A stretch of 39,630 nt of DNA from Candidatus Saccharimonadales bacterium (GCA_035309745.1 DATGEW010000007.1:1-39630); one strand, 5' to 3'; counted from the stretch's first letter, positions 26,216 through 36,305 are shown. A program made the numbers and translations. The notes: generated by a model from the letters alone, not told the origin.

Positions 26216-29200
26216 ATGGATGACACAAAGAGGCAAGCGGCTGAGAATCGTGAGCACCAACTACGCATCAGGCTGAAGCTGCCAGATGTAACAAGGTGGT
26301 GGACGGGTTGGTGGTGCTCGCCGGTTGGACGCAAGGCAAGGCGAGTGTTTGGCGATCTCCGTGTACGGACTTCGCTGGCGCTTATGGCTGCGCTAGTGGT
26401 AATTGCTGAGTTAATTACCATTGTCCAGCCATATTTTGTCCAGCACACCTACGCGATAGATGACCGCGCGGCGTCACTGCTGCCCATCGCTAGCCCGTTA
26501 CTGGCTGCCAAACTGGTGCACGACCCAAAGAATGCAGTATACAACTTTAATGCTGGCTTCAGCCCGTCGGCAACCGGCCCGGGCCAAAGTGGAGGCGGTG
26601 GACCGCAAATCACTGCTGCTGCTAGCGATGACCCATCCAAGGGCCTTACTGTCACCGACCCCGCAGGGGGAGTCGACCTTACCTTTAAGCCAACATTCAA
26701 AGTACTAAAGGGCCAAAAGCAGGATAACCGGGTTGTGTACCCGCTGGCCGATGGAGCAGGCTGGCTGGTGTACACCATGCAGGCTGCCGAGGTGAAGGAA
26801 GACGTGGTGCTGCAGCGTGCCGGCAGCAATACCGCGTCGTTTGGGTACGATTTGGAGATGGGCAACAGCTTGCAAGCCCGGTTGCTCGGCGACGGGCTCA
26901 TCGGCGTGTATGGCGCCAACTTGCCAATAAACGGCAACGTATCTACCGGCACTCCTAAAGACGCAGAGCTACTGCAAAAAATGCGCGAGAAAGCACCCAA
27001 GAATACGTTACTGTTTACCATACCTGCACCACTAGTAAAGGAATATAACCAAACACGCTCGGGTGTGTCAGCACATTACGAGCTGCACGGAAATCATCTC
27101 AAAGTGGTGGTCAGCGGCCTCAAGCGAGCACACTACCCACTCACTATTGACCCCAGCGTATATGTCCAGGGTGCAGTTAAATTTATGCGCGGCAATAACG
27201 AGAGTGATATCGATTTTGACACCACGAATAACCTTATCCGCAAAGGTGCGCTTACTGGGGCCCGTTTTCCTAATTACACTGTCGCTAGTAACTCCTTGAA
27301 TGTCGCCCGGTGGGGCGCGGCAACTGTAGTTGCGGGCGGGTATATATATGAAATTGGCGGCAGTAGTGGTTCGACCAACACCGGAACGGTGTATTGGGCA
27401 AAGCTCAACACCTCCACCTACACCATCGATAGCCCCGATCCAGGGAACGGCAGTTGTACCAACTGGTGTACAAGCAGCGCCTATAACTTACCATCGTCGC
27501 AGGTGCGGCTGGGCTTAGCTGCCGTCGCCTACAACGGATATTTATATGCTATTGGCGGCAAGGATGCCGGCTGTACCGGCACCAACCATATGTGTAGCAC
27601 CGTATATGTCACAAAAGTTGGCGCGAACGGGGAGCCGATTGGTTGGTCGGCAACAAGCTCCATTGTTACGGCCCGAGGGTACTTTGGTGCCGCCGTTTAT
27701 AATAACCATATCTATATTGTTGGCGGTCAAACAAACAGCAGCTTAAACGGCGAAACGACGGTAGAGTATGCGGCGCCCAATCCCGACGGCACCATTCCGG
27801 CGTCTGGCGCAGGGGCCTGGACTACGACTGGCATGACTGCCCTTGGTACGGGTGTGTGGGGGAATAACCTGTTGCAATATAACGGCTATCTTTATGACGT
27901 GGGCGGCGCCAACACCACAACTCCAGTGGCCAGCAACGTATCTTACATAAAGATTAACTCCGATGGTACGCTAGCCTCCAGCTGGCTCACGACCAGCTCA
28001 TTTGCGAGCTCTCGCGCTTCGTTCGGTGGTACCTATGCCACTCTATGGGGCGGATATATGTATGTAAATGGCGGCTGTATTACCGTTACTTCTACCGACT
28101 GCTCGTCTTTTACGACGTACAGTACGGGCACCGCGAGCCAAAGTGGTACTACGGTAACCGGCAGCGGCACTACATGGACACCAGCAATGGTCGGTTCGGT
28201 TCTTACATTTAACAACGGTACGGCAGCCATGATAACGGCTTATACAAGTGCCACCAGTTTAACCGTGGACATTTCTCAAACAGTGACTAGCCAGGCCTAC
28301 ACTATTGATACCGGCCAGACCGCCACACAAATTGCCAGTTTTAACGCCGACGGCACCATAACCGACTGGACACAGGTGCCGACCGACGACATCTTTTATA
28401 GTACCGGTACCGCCAGCCAAAGCAACACCACTACCGTAACTGGGAGTGGTACGAGCTGGACGAGCGCCATGGTGGGCATGATTCTTACATATCCGGACGG
28501 TAATACAGCCAAGATTACCCTCGTGGGCAGTACTACCTCTATGACAGTCAGTATTGCATACACAGAAACAGGGTCAACCTACGCCATTAGCAGTCCCTTT
28601 GGTCGCATTTTTAGTCAAGGGTTGGTTGCCTGGCGGGGGACAGTGTATTCTATTGGCGGCTGCGCCAAGGCGACAGTCAGCGGCAACTGTACGGCCACGG
28701 GAGGACCGCAGACTGCTAATAACTATGGTGTTATTAACGGCGATGGCGATGTGTCGCCGCCTGATGAACTCACAGCCTTGCCGCCAGTCGGGACTGATGC
28801 CGGTGATGGGAGCTTCGACAGTAGCGGTGTAGTGGTCAACAATGGGTTTATTTATAATGTTGGCGGTTGTACTGTGAGCAGTACGTGCAACCTCATGACT
28901 CCCAACACCTCCTACGCACCGATCAATGCGGACGGCACGATTGGTTCGTGGACGGTAGACAGTACCCATTTAGTGGGGATTTATGCCAATGGTGGAACGG
29001 TTACACAAAGTGGCACCACCGTAACCGGCAGCGGCACAAACTTTATTTCTGCTATGGTCGGCATGCAAATTAGTATTAACGGCGCCACAAAGGAGAGAAT
29101 TACTGCGGTAGGCAGTACCACCTCAATTACCGTGAGTGTAAGCCAGACGGTTTCTACTGGCCAATCGTATACCGTTTATAGTGGTTTAGGTGCTTTTGGT

Positions 29201-31591
29201 ATTACCGTTTATGATAATACTATTTATATCGCAGGAGGCACTGATGGTACTTGCGGGACGGGAACACCCTGTAATGCGAGCCTTTCCAATATAGGCTGGC
29301 GATCGGAGGCAAACAGGGTATCGTTAAACAGTGACGGCTCATTAAACTCGTGGACGAGGACACTGAGCGTACAGCCATCGGTGTATGGTTACTCGGCTAT
29401 GTTCGCCCGCGCAGTGTCAGCCACGACCGGCAACCTGTACATTGTGGGCGGCTGCCAAAACACCTCAACAGGGGTCGGCTGCAGCAACAACATCCAAAAC
29501 ACTGTGCTTAAGTGCACTATAACCAATAGTAGCGGGGCACTCAGTAGTTGCGCGACAACGGGCCAAACGCAGATCCCCGACCTCGACGCATCTACGGGCG
29601 GTAGTCAAGGGCTGGGGATCATGGGCTATACGATGTACGGCGATTATATATATCTTGCGGGCGGATCGTGCGGCACCTCAACAACAAGCGGAACTACGGC
29701 GGACCAACGTGGTTGCGATGGATCGAGCACCACGACCGTTAATACTTCTGAAACGAACAAGGTCCTTTTTGCCAAGATAGACTCCAGTGGAAACGTTGGA
29801 AGCTGGACGATATCCGACATTAACCACCAACTCCCACGTGTCCGTCGACGAAACGTTGCCTACGCGGTGAATGGTTATCTGTATGTAACGGCGGGCCACG
29901 ATGGTTCCGGTGGTGGTAATGGCACTACACTGAACGACATCGTCGCCGCCAAGATAGACCAAACCACCGGCAACTTGGCCACGTCGTTTACTACGCTTGA
30001 AACGACTATTACTCCCCGATGGAATTTAGGGGCTGCCACGGCCAACGGCTATATCTACCTCGTCGGTGGCTGTACGGCAGGTACTGGCCCGCCGAATGGT
30101 TGCAGTAGTACTTCGTCCGTCGCTGAAAGTGTCCAGATTTTCAACAACTATAGCGGTTCGCCTAAATCATACAGCAGCCAAAACAACATCGGCGTGGACC
30201 GGATTGGCGGCTCGGCCACCGTGCTTAATGGCTATATTTATTATGCTGGTGGCTGTACAGATATGGCTTGTACGACTCCGTCGGCGAACGTCTATTACGC
30301 GCCAATAAATAGTGACGGCACCATAGGTACATTCACGGCAGCAGGGAACTCTTTGCCGGCAACACGGGCCTGGGGGAAGTTGCTGAATGCCGGCGGAACG
30401 CTCTATTACGTTGGCGGGCAAGATAGCAGCTGTACAACGGGGAATGGCACTGGCGTAACTGGCGTCTGTAGCACGGTATATTACAGCACGCCAAGCTCGG
30501 GAGTGCCGGGCACCTGGAGTAGCACCGTGGCTTTGCCTGGAGAGCGGACTCAAATGGGCGCGGCCGTATTCAATAACAGGATTTATGTTGCAGGTGGTGC
30601 AAATGGCGCTGGCACGGTGCAAAGCACGGTCTACTACAGCCCCAGTCTGAGCGCAGGCGGCGCTATTTCTGGCTCGTGGACGTCCACTACCGCCTTTACA
30701 ACGGCACGCGAAGGGGCAGTACTTGTTGCGTATGGCGCCGCCCTGTATCTTATGGGGGGTTTTGACGGCACTAACTATTTGCTTGATGTACAATATGCGC
30801 CGATCACCACAGGTACTGGAGCGGTCGGCACCTGGAATAACAGCACCACCTTACCGCAACCAATTCGAGACGCGGACGGATTTGCCGCAAATGGCTATTT
30901 ATATGTGGTAGGCGGGAGGTCTGCCTCCACAACCTGCACCACTAACACGTATATTGCGCCAATTATCGGCTATCCTCCAGGTAGCAGTAACCGGTATGGA
31001 ATTGGTTTGTGGTCGCAGACGAGCGTTGCATACACGGGCGCCCGTTACGGTTTGGCTACTGCATATTACAATGGGAAGGTCTACTTGCAAGGAGGGGGCT
31101 GCTCGGCTTTTGTGAGCTCAACCGACCGCGCTTATGCAAGCACCCTGCAAGCCCAGCCGCAAGTCAGCACATATTCGTTGATGATTGATACAGACACAAA
31201 CGTGTTTCCTAGCAAATGGCTTATGAATGGAGTCGACAACGGTGTGGGGGCTCAATGGGTATTCAGCTACCGTTCGTCTACTAATGCGAATAATACCTGG
31301 GGTGTCATAACCAATGCAGGCAGTGTTACTTTGGGGACGCCAGGCACTTATACGCCACTCGATGCAAGCGGCAATAACACCAACACGACTGCACCGGCAG
31401 TCGGTGCGCGCTACTATTTTTTGTATGTGACCGTCGACGCCTCCCAATCATTTGGTTTTGCCGAGGATGTATCGCGCGGTCCGACCATTACCGACCTCAC
31501 CCTGGAATTTACCAGCGATCCGGGCAAGCGCTTAATGCACGGCCGAACGTTTATCGGCGGCCAGCAGCAGCCGGAAGATACGCCGTTCTAG
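26216..31591 (+). CDS. Large membrane-anchored/exported Kelch-like multi-beta-propeller protein (1791 aa)
   Basis: Basic N-tail plus hydrophobic helix (SLALMAALVVIAELITIV); N-domain ending YPLTIDP; 18 counted motifs of type [NG]GY[IL]YxxGG with downstream W and R residues. Confidence 0.8.
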   Translation: MDDTKRQAAENREHQLRIRLKLPDVTRWWTGWWCSPVGRKARRVFGDLRVRTSLALMAALVVIAELITIVQPYFVQHTYAIDDRAASLLPIASPLLAAKLVHDPKNAVYNFNAGFSPSATGPGQSGGGGPQITAAASDDPSKGLTVTDPAGGVDLTFKPTFKVLKGQKQDNRVVYPLADGAGWLVYTMQAAEVKEDVVLQRAGSNTASFGYDLEMGNSLQARLLGDGLIGVYGANLPINGNVSTGTPKDAELLQKMREKAPKNTLLFTIPAPLVKEYNQTRSGVSAHYELHGNHLKVVVSGLKRAHYPLTIDPSVYVQGAVKFMRGNNESDIDFDTTNNLIRKGALTGARFPNYTVASNSLNVARWGAATVVAGGYIYEIGGSSGSTNTGTVYWAKLNTSTYTIDSPDPGNGSCTNWCTSSAYNLPSSQVRLGLAAVAYNGYLYAIGGKDAGCTGTNHMCSTVYVTKVGANGEPIGWSATSSIVTARGYFGAAVYNNHIYIVGGQTNSSLNGETTVEYAAPNPDGTIPASGAGAWTTTGMTALGTGVWGNNLLQYNGYLYDVGGANTTTPVASNVSYIKINSDGTLASSWLTTSSFASSRASFGGTYATLWGGYMYVNGGCITVTSTDCSSFTTYSTGTASQSGTTVTGSGTTWTPAMVGSVLTFNNGTAAMITAYTSATSLTVDISQTVTSQAYTIDTGQTATQIASFNADGTITDWTQVPTDDIFYSTGTASQSNTTTVTGSGTSWTSAMVGMILTYPDGNTAKITLVGSTTSMTVSIAYTETGSTYAISSPFGRIFSQGLVAWRGTVYSIGGCAKATVSGNCTATGGPQTANNYGVINGDGDVSPPDELTALPPVGTDAGDGSFDSSGVVVNNGFIYNVGGCTVSSTCNLMTPNTSYAPINADGTIGSWTVDSTHLVGIYANGGTVTQSGTTVTGSGTNFISAMVGMQISINGATKERITAVGSTTSITVSVSQTVSTGQSYTVYSGLGAFGITVYDNTIYIAGGTDGTCGTGTPCNASLSNIGWRSEANRVSLNSDGSLNSWTRTLSVQPSVYGYSAMFARAVSATTGNLYIVGGCQNTSTGVGCSNNIQNTVLKCTITNSSGALSSCATTGQTQIPDLDASTGGSQGLGIMGYTMYGDYIYLAGGSCGTSTTSGTTADQRGCDGSSTTTVNTSETNKVLFAKIDSSGNVGSWTISDINHQLPRVRRRNVAYAVNGYLYVTAGHDGSGGGNGTTLNDIVAAKIDQTTGNLATSFTTLETTITPRWNLGAATANGYIYLVGGCTAGTGPPNGCSSTSSVAESVQIFNNYSGSPKSYSSQNNIGVDRIGGSATVLNGYIYYAGGCTDMACTTPSANVYYAPINSDGTIGTFTAAGNSLPATRAWGKLLNAGGTLYYVGGQDSSCTTGNGTGVTGVCSTVYYSTPSSGVPGTWSSTVALPGERTQMGAAVFNNRIYVAGGANGAGTVQSTVYYSPSLSAGGAISGSWTSTTAFTTAREGAVLVAYGAALYLMGGFDGTNYLLDVQYAPITTGTGAVGTWNNSTTLPQPIRDADGFAANGYLYVVGGRSASTTCTTNTYIAPIIGYPPGSSNRYGIGLWSQTSVAYTGARYGLATAYYNGKVYLQGGGCSAFVSSTDRAYASTLQAQPQVSTYSLMIDTDTNVFPSKWLMNGVDNGVGAQWVFSYRSSTNANNTWGVITNAGSVTLGTPGTYTPLDASGNNTNTTAPAVGARYYFLYVTVDASQSFGFAEDVSRGPTITDLTLEFTSDPGKRLMHGRTFIGGQQQPEDTPF

Positions 31592-31686
31592 CGGTCTTTT
31601 GAAGCGACGTGATGTAAATCACAATCAGCTGATCTTGTGGTTGCACAGAAGCGCAGGTAAGCTAAAGGTATAAAGGGGAGACAAAA

Positions 31687-33687
31687 ATGTTGAGGATGAC
31701 TGCTATGCTTCGTCGGAGTGGAGGGCCTATAGTTTCGTTTGTTGCGACGGCTGCACTGCTCGCAAGCCAGGTGGTCGGGTTTGGTGCGTTGCCACGAGCC
31801 TATGCTGCTACGCAGCATACAATTAAATCAATATCACGCGACGGGACGGTGACAAATATAGATGGCTTTCCCGCAGACGTAACCCGCATTTTTACATATA
31901 TGACGCCTGATACGATTTTTGCCTTGGATAGCAGCGGCAACGTCTATGCACAAGGTTATAACGGCTGTGGTGTTATCGGAGACCCAGCGGTTTTGGGAAA
32001 TTCCGTCGGCTCGGTACACAAAATCGATGGTATTACAGGGGTAACGCAGCTTGCCTTTCTAAACAGTGTGCAGTACGGAGGAGTTATCGCGCTGAAGGCC
32101 GACGGTACGGTGTGGTCCTGGGGCTGCACACAGTACTTGGGTCGGCCAGCGAGCGACCCGAACCTTAGCTATGATTACATCCCCGGTCAGGTTTTGGGTC
32201 TACCCAGTGTTGTAAAGGTAGCCGCGGGCAACCAGCATGTGCTTGCTCTCACAGCTGCAGGCGACGTATACGGCTGGGGCGACGCCAGTTGTGGCCAGCT
32301 TGGTATTCCCGACATTTTTGCGTACGAATGTGGCTCTAACCTGGATTCGCGCAGCACGCCAACCCAGATTGCAGGCCTCTCCGGCATTAAGGACATTACA
32401 GCAGGCGCACGTTCAAGTTTTGCGGTTACTGCCGATGGCGCGGTGATGCAGTGGGGAGTATTCATTTTACTAGAAGGGTTGCAAACGCCCACCGTGCTGG
32501 TTCCTACTCAGGTACATGGTATCAGCGATGTGGCGAGCATTAGCGCCGGGGAAGCTGTGGTATATGCGCTTAAAAATTCTGGTGACTTGTGGGGTTGGGG
32601 GGTGAACGACAACGACTCGCTTACTACGAGCCCTCCACTCAATCAGAATTCAGACTGGGACTATCGTCCTGACCCAATATCTGTCGATGAGTTGGGTGGG
32701 GTGGCTAAAATGTCGGTCGGATATGCGGCTATTTTCGCAGTGCTCAACCCGGACGGGATTCATTTGTATGGTGGCAGTCATAGTGATTATCTTGGGCCGG
32801 TAACCTTTGGGGGATACAACGACCTGATTGATATGGCTGCCGATCCAGACATCGCCGTGGTGTTTGTTATTCTGCCGGCTAGTGATTCTACCCCCCCGAG
32901 TCTCGGTGCCTTTAGCTGGTCTGCCAATCCTAAATCGACCTTCCAGACTAGCACACTCACAGTGCCAGCCAGTGATGATAGTTCTGGAGTGGCCGGCGGC
33001 GAATATTTCATTGGCGATACCGACCCCGGCCCAGGGAATGGCGCACCCATGCAGTGGGATGGCGCGAATTTGTCCACCACCTTTGGTACGGATTTCCCGA
33101 CGGGGGTGTATAAAATTAGCGTGCGCGCCAAAGACAACGCAGGCAATTGGAGCGACCCTCTGAGTGACTATCTGGTAGTGTACAATCCAACCGGTCCGCG
33201 CATGACCGGCAAAAAGAGCGTGGTGCCGTCGCTGGCAAATGGTGACGTGCTGCCTGGACTAACCACCAATGGCCAGACCGACGCCGCTACCTTTGGGTTC
33301 AGCGTACGCTACGACAGCCAGGGTAATATCAGCAGTAACAGCGACCTCCAGTTCGCCTACAACACCGGTACGAACTGTAAGAATGTGAAGAAGGCGCAGA
33401 ATTGCCACAGTTTGAGTTTGAATGCGTCCTCCATTGCATGGCTCATCACTCAAGGAACGAATAATTCGACCGGCATATTCCAGGGCACGGCAACGCTTAC
33501 TGTAGACGGTGTAAACTCGCAAGTGCTGTTCCGTGTTACGGGCCGCGATGGCACTCGTTTGGATGGCGTGTCGCCCGACCAGTTTGGAATAGGAATTTTT
33601 ATGCCAGGCGCAAACCCCAATACCGATACACCTTTGTATGTGGTGCATACGACTGACGTAACCCGCGGCAATATTCGTATTATATAA
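31687..33687 (+). CDS. Secreted RCC1/BLIP-II-repeat protein with C-terminal Ig-like and beta-rich domains
   Basis: Signal peptide ending AYA; ALKADGTVWSWG, VAAGNQHVLALTAAGDVYGWG..GQLG and ITAGARSSFAV repeats; DSTPP...ASDDSSGV..EYF...VRAKDNAGNWS Ig-like domain. Confidence 0.85.
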   Translation: MLRMTAMLRRSGGPIVSFVATAALLASQVVGFGALPRAYAATQHTIKSISRDGTVTNIDGFPADVTRIFTYMTPDTIFALDSSGNVYAQGYNGCGVIGDPAVLGNSVGSVHKIDGITGVTQLAFLNSVQYGGVIALKADGTVWSWGCTQYLGRPASDPNLSYDYIPGQVLGLPSVVKVAAGNQHVLALTAAGDVYGWGDASCGQLGIPDIFAYECGSNLDSRSTPTQIAGLSGIKDITAGARSSFAVTADGAVMQWGVFILLEGLQTPTVLVPTQVHGISDVASISAGEAVVYALKNSGDLWGWGVNDNDSLTTSPPLNQNSDWDYRPDPISVDELGGVAKMSVGYAAIFAVLNPDGIHLYGGSHSDYLGPVTFGGYNDLIDMAADPDIAVVFVILPASDSTPPSLGAFSWSANPKSTFQTSTLTVPASDDSSGVAGGEYFIGDTDPGPGNGAPMQWDGANLSTTFGTDFPTGVYKISVRAKDNAGNWSDPLSDYLVVYNPTGPRMTGKKSVVPSLANGDVLPGLTTNGQTDAATFGFSVRYDSQGNISSNSDLQFAYNTGTNCKNVKKAQNCHSLSLNASSIAWLITQGTNNSTGIFQGTATLTVDGVNSQVLFRVTGRDGTRLDGVSPDQFGIGIFMPGANPNTDTPLYVVHTTDVTRGNIRII

Positions 33688-33727
33688 CTGTTAACAGCAT
33701 CCCCAGTGGCTCCTGTATACTGTAAGC

Positions 33728-34537
33728 ATGAGGGAATTTAAGCGGACTGTGCTCGTTTCGCCGCGCGGCAAGTTGCGCCGGGCGGCTGACGGCAGCCTGC
33801 GGCCAGCCGGGGAGCAGCCGGACATTGCCGACATTTGGGCCGAGCGTGACCGCGTACGCTTGCAGGAATCTATTGCCGCACAGCAGAAGAAGGTGGCCAA
33901 AAAACAGCGGTCGGCCAAAGAAATCGAAATAAAGCTGACGCTGCCAAAGGTAAATTGGGCGCATCGCAGACGCCAGCTGGCCAAGCTGTGGGCAATGACG
34001 ACGCGTAAGCAGCGATGGGTGGCCTGCATTGTTATAGCGGCGGTATTGGGGCTGTGGGCGTGGCCTCATTTTTTTGCCGGAGGTAAGTCTGACCGTTACG
34101 TGGGCGCTGCTAATCCGACTGGCGTACATGCCGCCAACCCTATCGGTGGGGTGCAGCCTCAATTCCCCACCATCCTGCCCGCCGGCAAAACAATCCAGCA
34201 GTTAGGCGGATGGGGCAGGGTCAGCCCGCCCGACAAAAATCCCGTGTTTGCCTATTCGGATGTCTTTGGGGGTATTCATATTGTGGTCAGCGAACAGCCG
34301 TTGCCGGACGGATTTAGCGGCAGTTTGCAGGCAAAAGTAGCCCAGTTGGCCAACCAGTTCGCCCCAGGTGCCCACCAAGTGCTCATAAAGGATGCAGAAA
34401 GTGTGGGTTACGCCGGCCCGGAGACGAACGGGGCGCAATCGTTCATCGCCGCCAAGGTAAATCTACTGGTACTTATCCGGGCGAGCGGTCAGCTGAGCGA
34501 CCAGTCCTGGAGCGACTATCTGGCCACGTTGCAGTAG
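33728..34537 (+). CDS. Hypothetical single-pass membrane protein
   Basis: Basic N-terminal region, TM helix WVACIVIAAVLGLWAW, ~150-aa outer domain. TATACT-GTAAGC-ATG upstream. Confidence 0.7.
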   Translation: MREFKRTVLVSPRGKLRRAADGSLRPAGEQPDIADIWAERDRVRLQESIAAQQKKVAKKQRSAKEIEIKLTLPKVNWAHRRRQLAKLWAMTTRKQRWVACIVIAAVLGLWAWPHFFAGGKSDRYVGAANPTGVHAANPIGGVQPQFPTILPAGKTIQQLGGWGRVSPPDKNPVFAYSDVFGGIHIVVSEQPLPDGFSGSLQAKVAQLANQFAPGAHQVLIKDAESVGYAGPETNGAQSFIAAKVNLLVLIRASGQLSDQSWSDYLATLQ

Positions 34538-34559
34538 CTAGCCGTATATTGCTAGCTAC
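34534..34559 (+). repeat. Stop-codon-overlapping palindromic element, copy 2
   Basis: GTAGCTAGC-CGTATATT-GCTAGCTAC, a 9-bp perfect stem with no U-tail. Confidence 0.5.
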
Positions 34560-34627
34560 GCTGTCATACGGTTTTATCGGTGGCGGCCACTGGCAGGGAA
34601 TGCTATACTTTGAGCCAAGAGGGAAGC

Positions 34628-35389
34628 ATGAAACAAACAACCATCGCGGTCATTAACCAAAAAGGGGGCGTCGGCAAAACGACCACTGCCACCAATTTGG
34701 CCGCGCAATTAGCCAGCGAGAAAGCGAGCGTGCTGCTGGTAGATCTCGACCCGCAGGGCAACGCGACGAGCGGGCTGGGCTTAGATAAAGAGTTGGAGCC
34801 CACCACTTACGAAGTATTGTCCGGCCAAGCTTCGCTCGATCAGGCGGTGCGGCCTACCGACCGCGACGGGCTGTATATTTTGCCGGCCAACGCCAATTTG
34901 GCGGCTGCCGAAATCGAGCTGGTATCTCAGTTGCAACGCGAATTCGCACTCCGAAACGCCCTGCAAATTGCTGCGTACGATTATATTATTATCGACTGCC
35001 CGCCGGCTCTCGGCCTTTTAACTATTAACGCTCTTACGGCAGCAAATGCTATACTCATCCCCGTGCAATCGGAATATTACGCACTGGAAGGATTAGGACA
35101 GCTGCTGGCCACGGTGCAGCGGGTGAAAGAAGGGTTGAATCCGGCGCTCGATCTGCTGGGCGTCGTGCTTACGATGTACGACAAGCGCACTAGTCTCAGC
35201 GAGCAGGTGATGCACGAACTCAAAAATCATTTTGGCGATAAGCTGTTCAAGGCGGTTATTCCGCGCAATGTGCGTTTGGCCGAAGCCCCCAGCTTTGGCA
35301 AGACCATTTTTGAACACGACCGCTGGAGCAAAGGTGCCCGCGCCTACAAGCAGTTCGCCAAGGAGGTAGCAAAACGTGTCAATGGCTAA
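34628..35389 (+). CDS. parA: Chromosome partitioning ATPase ParA/Soj
   Basis: NQKGGVGKTTT, DLDPQGNAT, IIDCPP, PVQSEYYALEG and IPRNVRLAEAPSFG. ATG 34628 is preceded by GAGG and TGcTATACT. Confidence 0.96.
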   Translation: MKQTTIAVINQKGGVGKTTTATNLAAQLASEKASVLLVDLDPQGNATSGLGLDKELEPTTYEVLSGQASLDQAVRPTDRDGLYILPANANLAAAEIELVSQLQREFALRNALQIAAYDYIIIDCPPALGLLTINALTAANAILIPVQSEYYALEGLGQLLATVQRVKEGLNPALDLLGVVLTMYDKRTSLSEQVMHELKNHFGDKLFKAVIPRNVRLAEAPSFGKTIFEHDRWSKGARAYKQFAKEVAKRVNG

Positions 35390-36242
35390 AACGGGCTTAG
35401 GCCGCGGCTTCGATGCCCTCATTCCGAAAAACGTTGATACGGTGGTATTGTTCGACGACCAAGACCGCATTCAAAAACTCGCGCCGGCCGATATTATTCC
35501 CAACCCCAACCAGCCACGTGAACATTTCGACGAAGCGGCGCTGGTGCAGTTAAGCGAATCGATCAAGCAATACGGCATTTTGCAGCCGTTGGTTGTGACG
35601 CCGCACGGCGCAGGCAAATACGCCTTGGTTGCGGGCGAGCGACGCTGGCGAGCGGCGCAACTGGCGGGGCTGGACAAAGTACCTGCCATTATTCGCACCA
35701 CAAAGGAGCTTGAGCAGCTGGAGATTGCCATCGTTGAGAATGTGCAACGGGTTGATTTGTCGGCTTTGGAACAGGCGGTGTCCATCGAAAAGCTGCATCA
35801 GCAATTCAACATGACGTACGAATCGATTGCCAAACGCCTGGGCAAGGCCAGCTCGACGGTCAATAACATCGTGCGTCTGTTGCAGTTACCCGAGGCGGCG
35901 CGCAAGGCCCTGCAAGAAGAAAAGATCAGCGAAGGTCATGCGCGGGCCATCCTGGCACTGAAAGATATGCCCGAGAAACAAGAAGAGCTTTTGATGCTCA
36001 TTGTGAAGCACGGTTGGCCGGTCCGGCAGGCCGAGCAATTCGTAGTATCGGTGAAAGAGGGCTTTCGTGAGACCAAACAGACGCGCGAACGCATGAGTAG
36101 CGAGACGCCGGCAACCAAACAGCTGAGCAAACGGCTCGGCAACGCGCCGGTGCATATCCGTCGAACGGCCCGAGGCGGCAAACTGGAAATTAGCTTTAAA
36201 ACCGACGAAGACTTGGAACGTATCTTGGCAAGTTTGGGCTAA
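35376..36242 (+). CDS. parB: Chromosome partitioning protein ParB/Spo0J
   Basis: GLGRG, PNPNQPR..F, GERRWRA, ENVQR.DL, HTH and SEGHARA motifs; overlaps the parA stop. Confidence 0.96.
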   Translation: MSMAKTGLGRGFDALIPKNVDTVVLFDDQDRIQKLAPADIIPNPNQPREHFDEAALVQLSESIKQYGILQPLVVTPHGAGKYALVAGERRWRAAQLAGLDKVPAIIRTTKELEQLEIAIVENVQRVDLSALEQAVSIEKLHQQFNMTYESIAKRLGKASSTVNNIVRLLQLPEAARKALQEEKISEGHARAILALKDMPEKQEELLMLIVKHGWPVRQAEQFVVSVKEGFRETKQTRERMSSETPATKQLSKRLGNAPVHIRRTARGGKLEISFKTDEDLERILASLG

Positions 36243-36247
36243 TACCT

Positions 36248-36282
36248 CAGCAAACCGATCGGTTCATGGGTGTGCTGTTTTT
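36248..36282 (+). terminator. Imperfect terminator between convergent parB and lepB
   Basis: CAGCAaACC...GGTgTGCTG followed by TTTTT. Confidence 0.5.
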
Positions 36283-36305
36283 CGTGCGGGTGAATCTTCG
36301 TGGGC

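Noticed and set aside
31687-31810. Tat signal in the RCC1 protein (LRRSGG)
   Set aside because: Does not match S/T-R-R-x-F-L-K; looks like an ordinary Sec signal with AYA cleavage.
16748-33687. Diversity-generating retroelement target or template repeat
   Set aside because: No reverse transcriptase and no ~100-bp repeat pair differing only at adenines was seen in the window. A remote DGR cannot be excluded.
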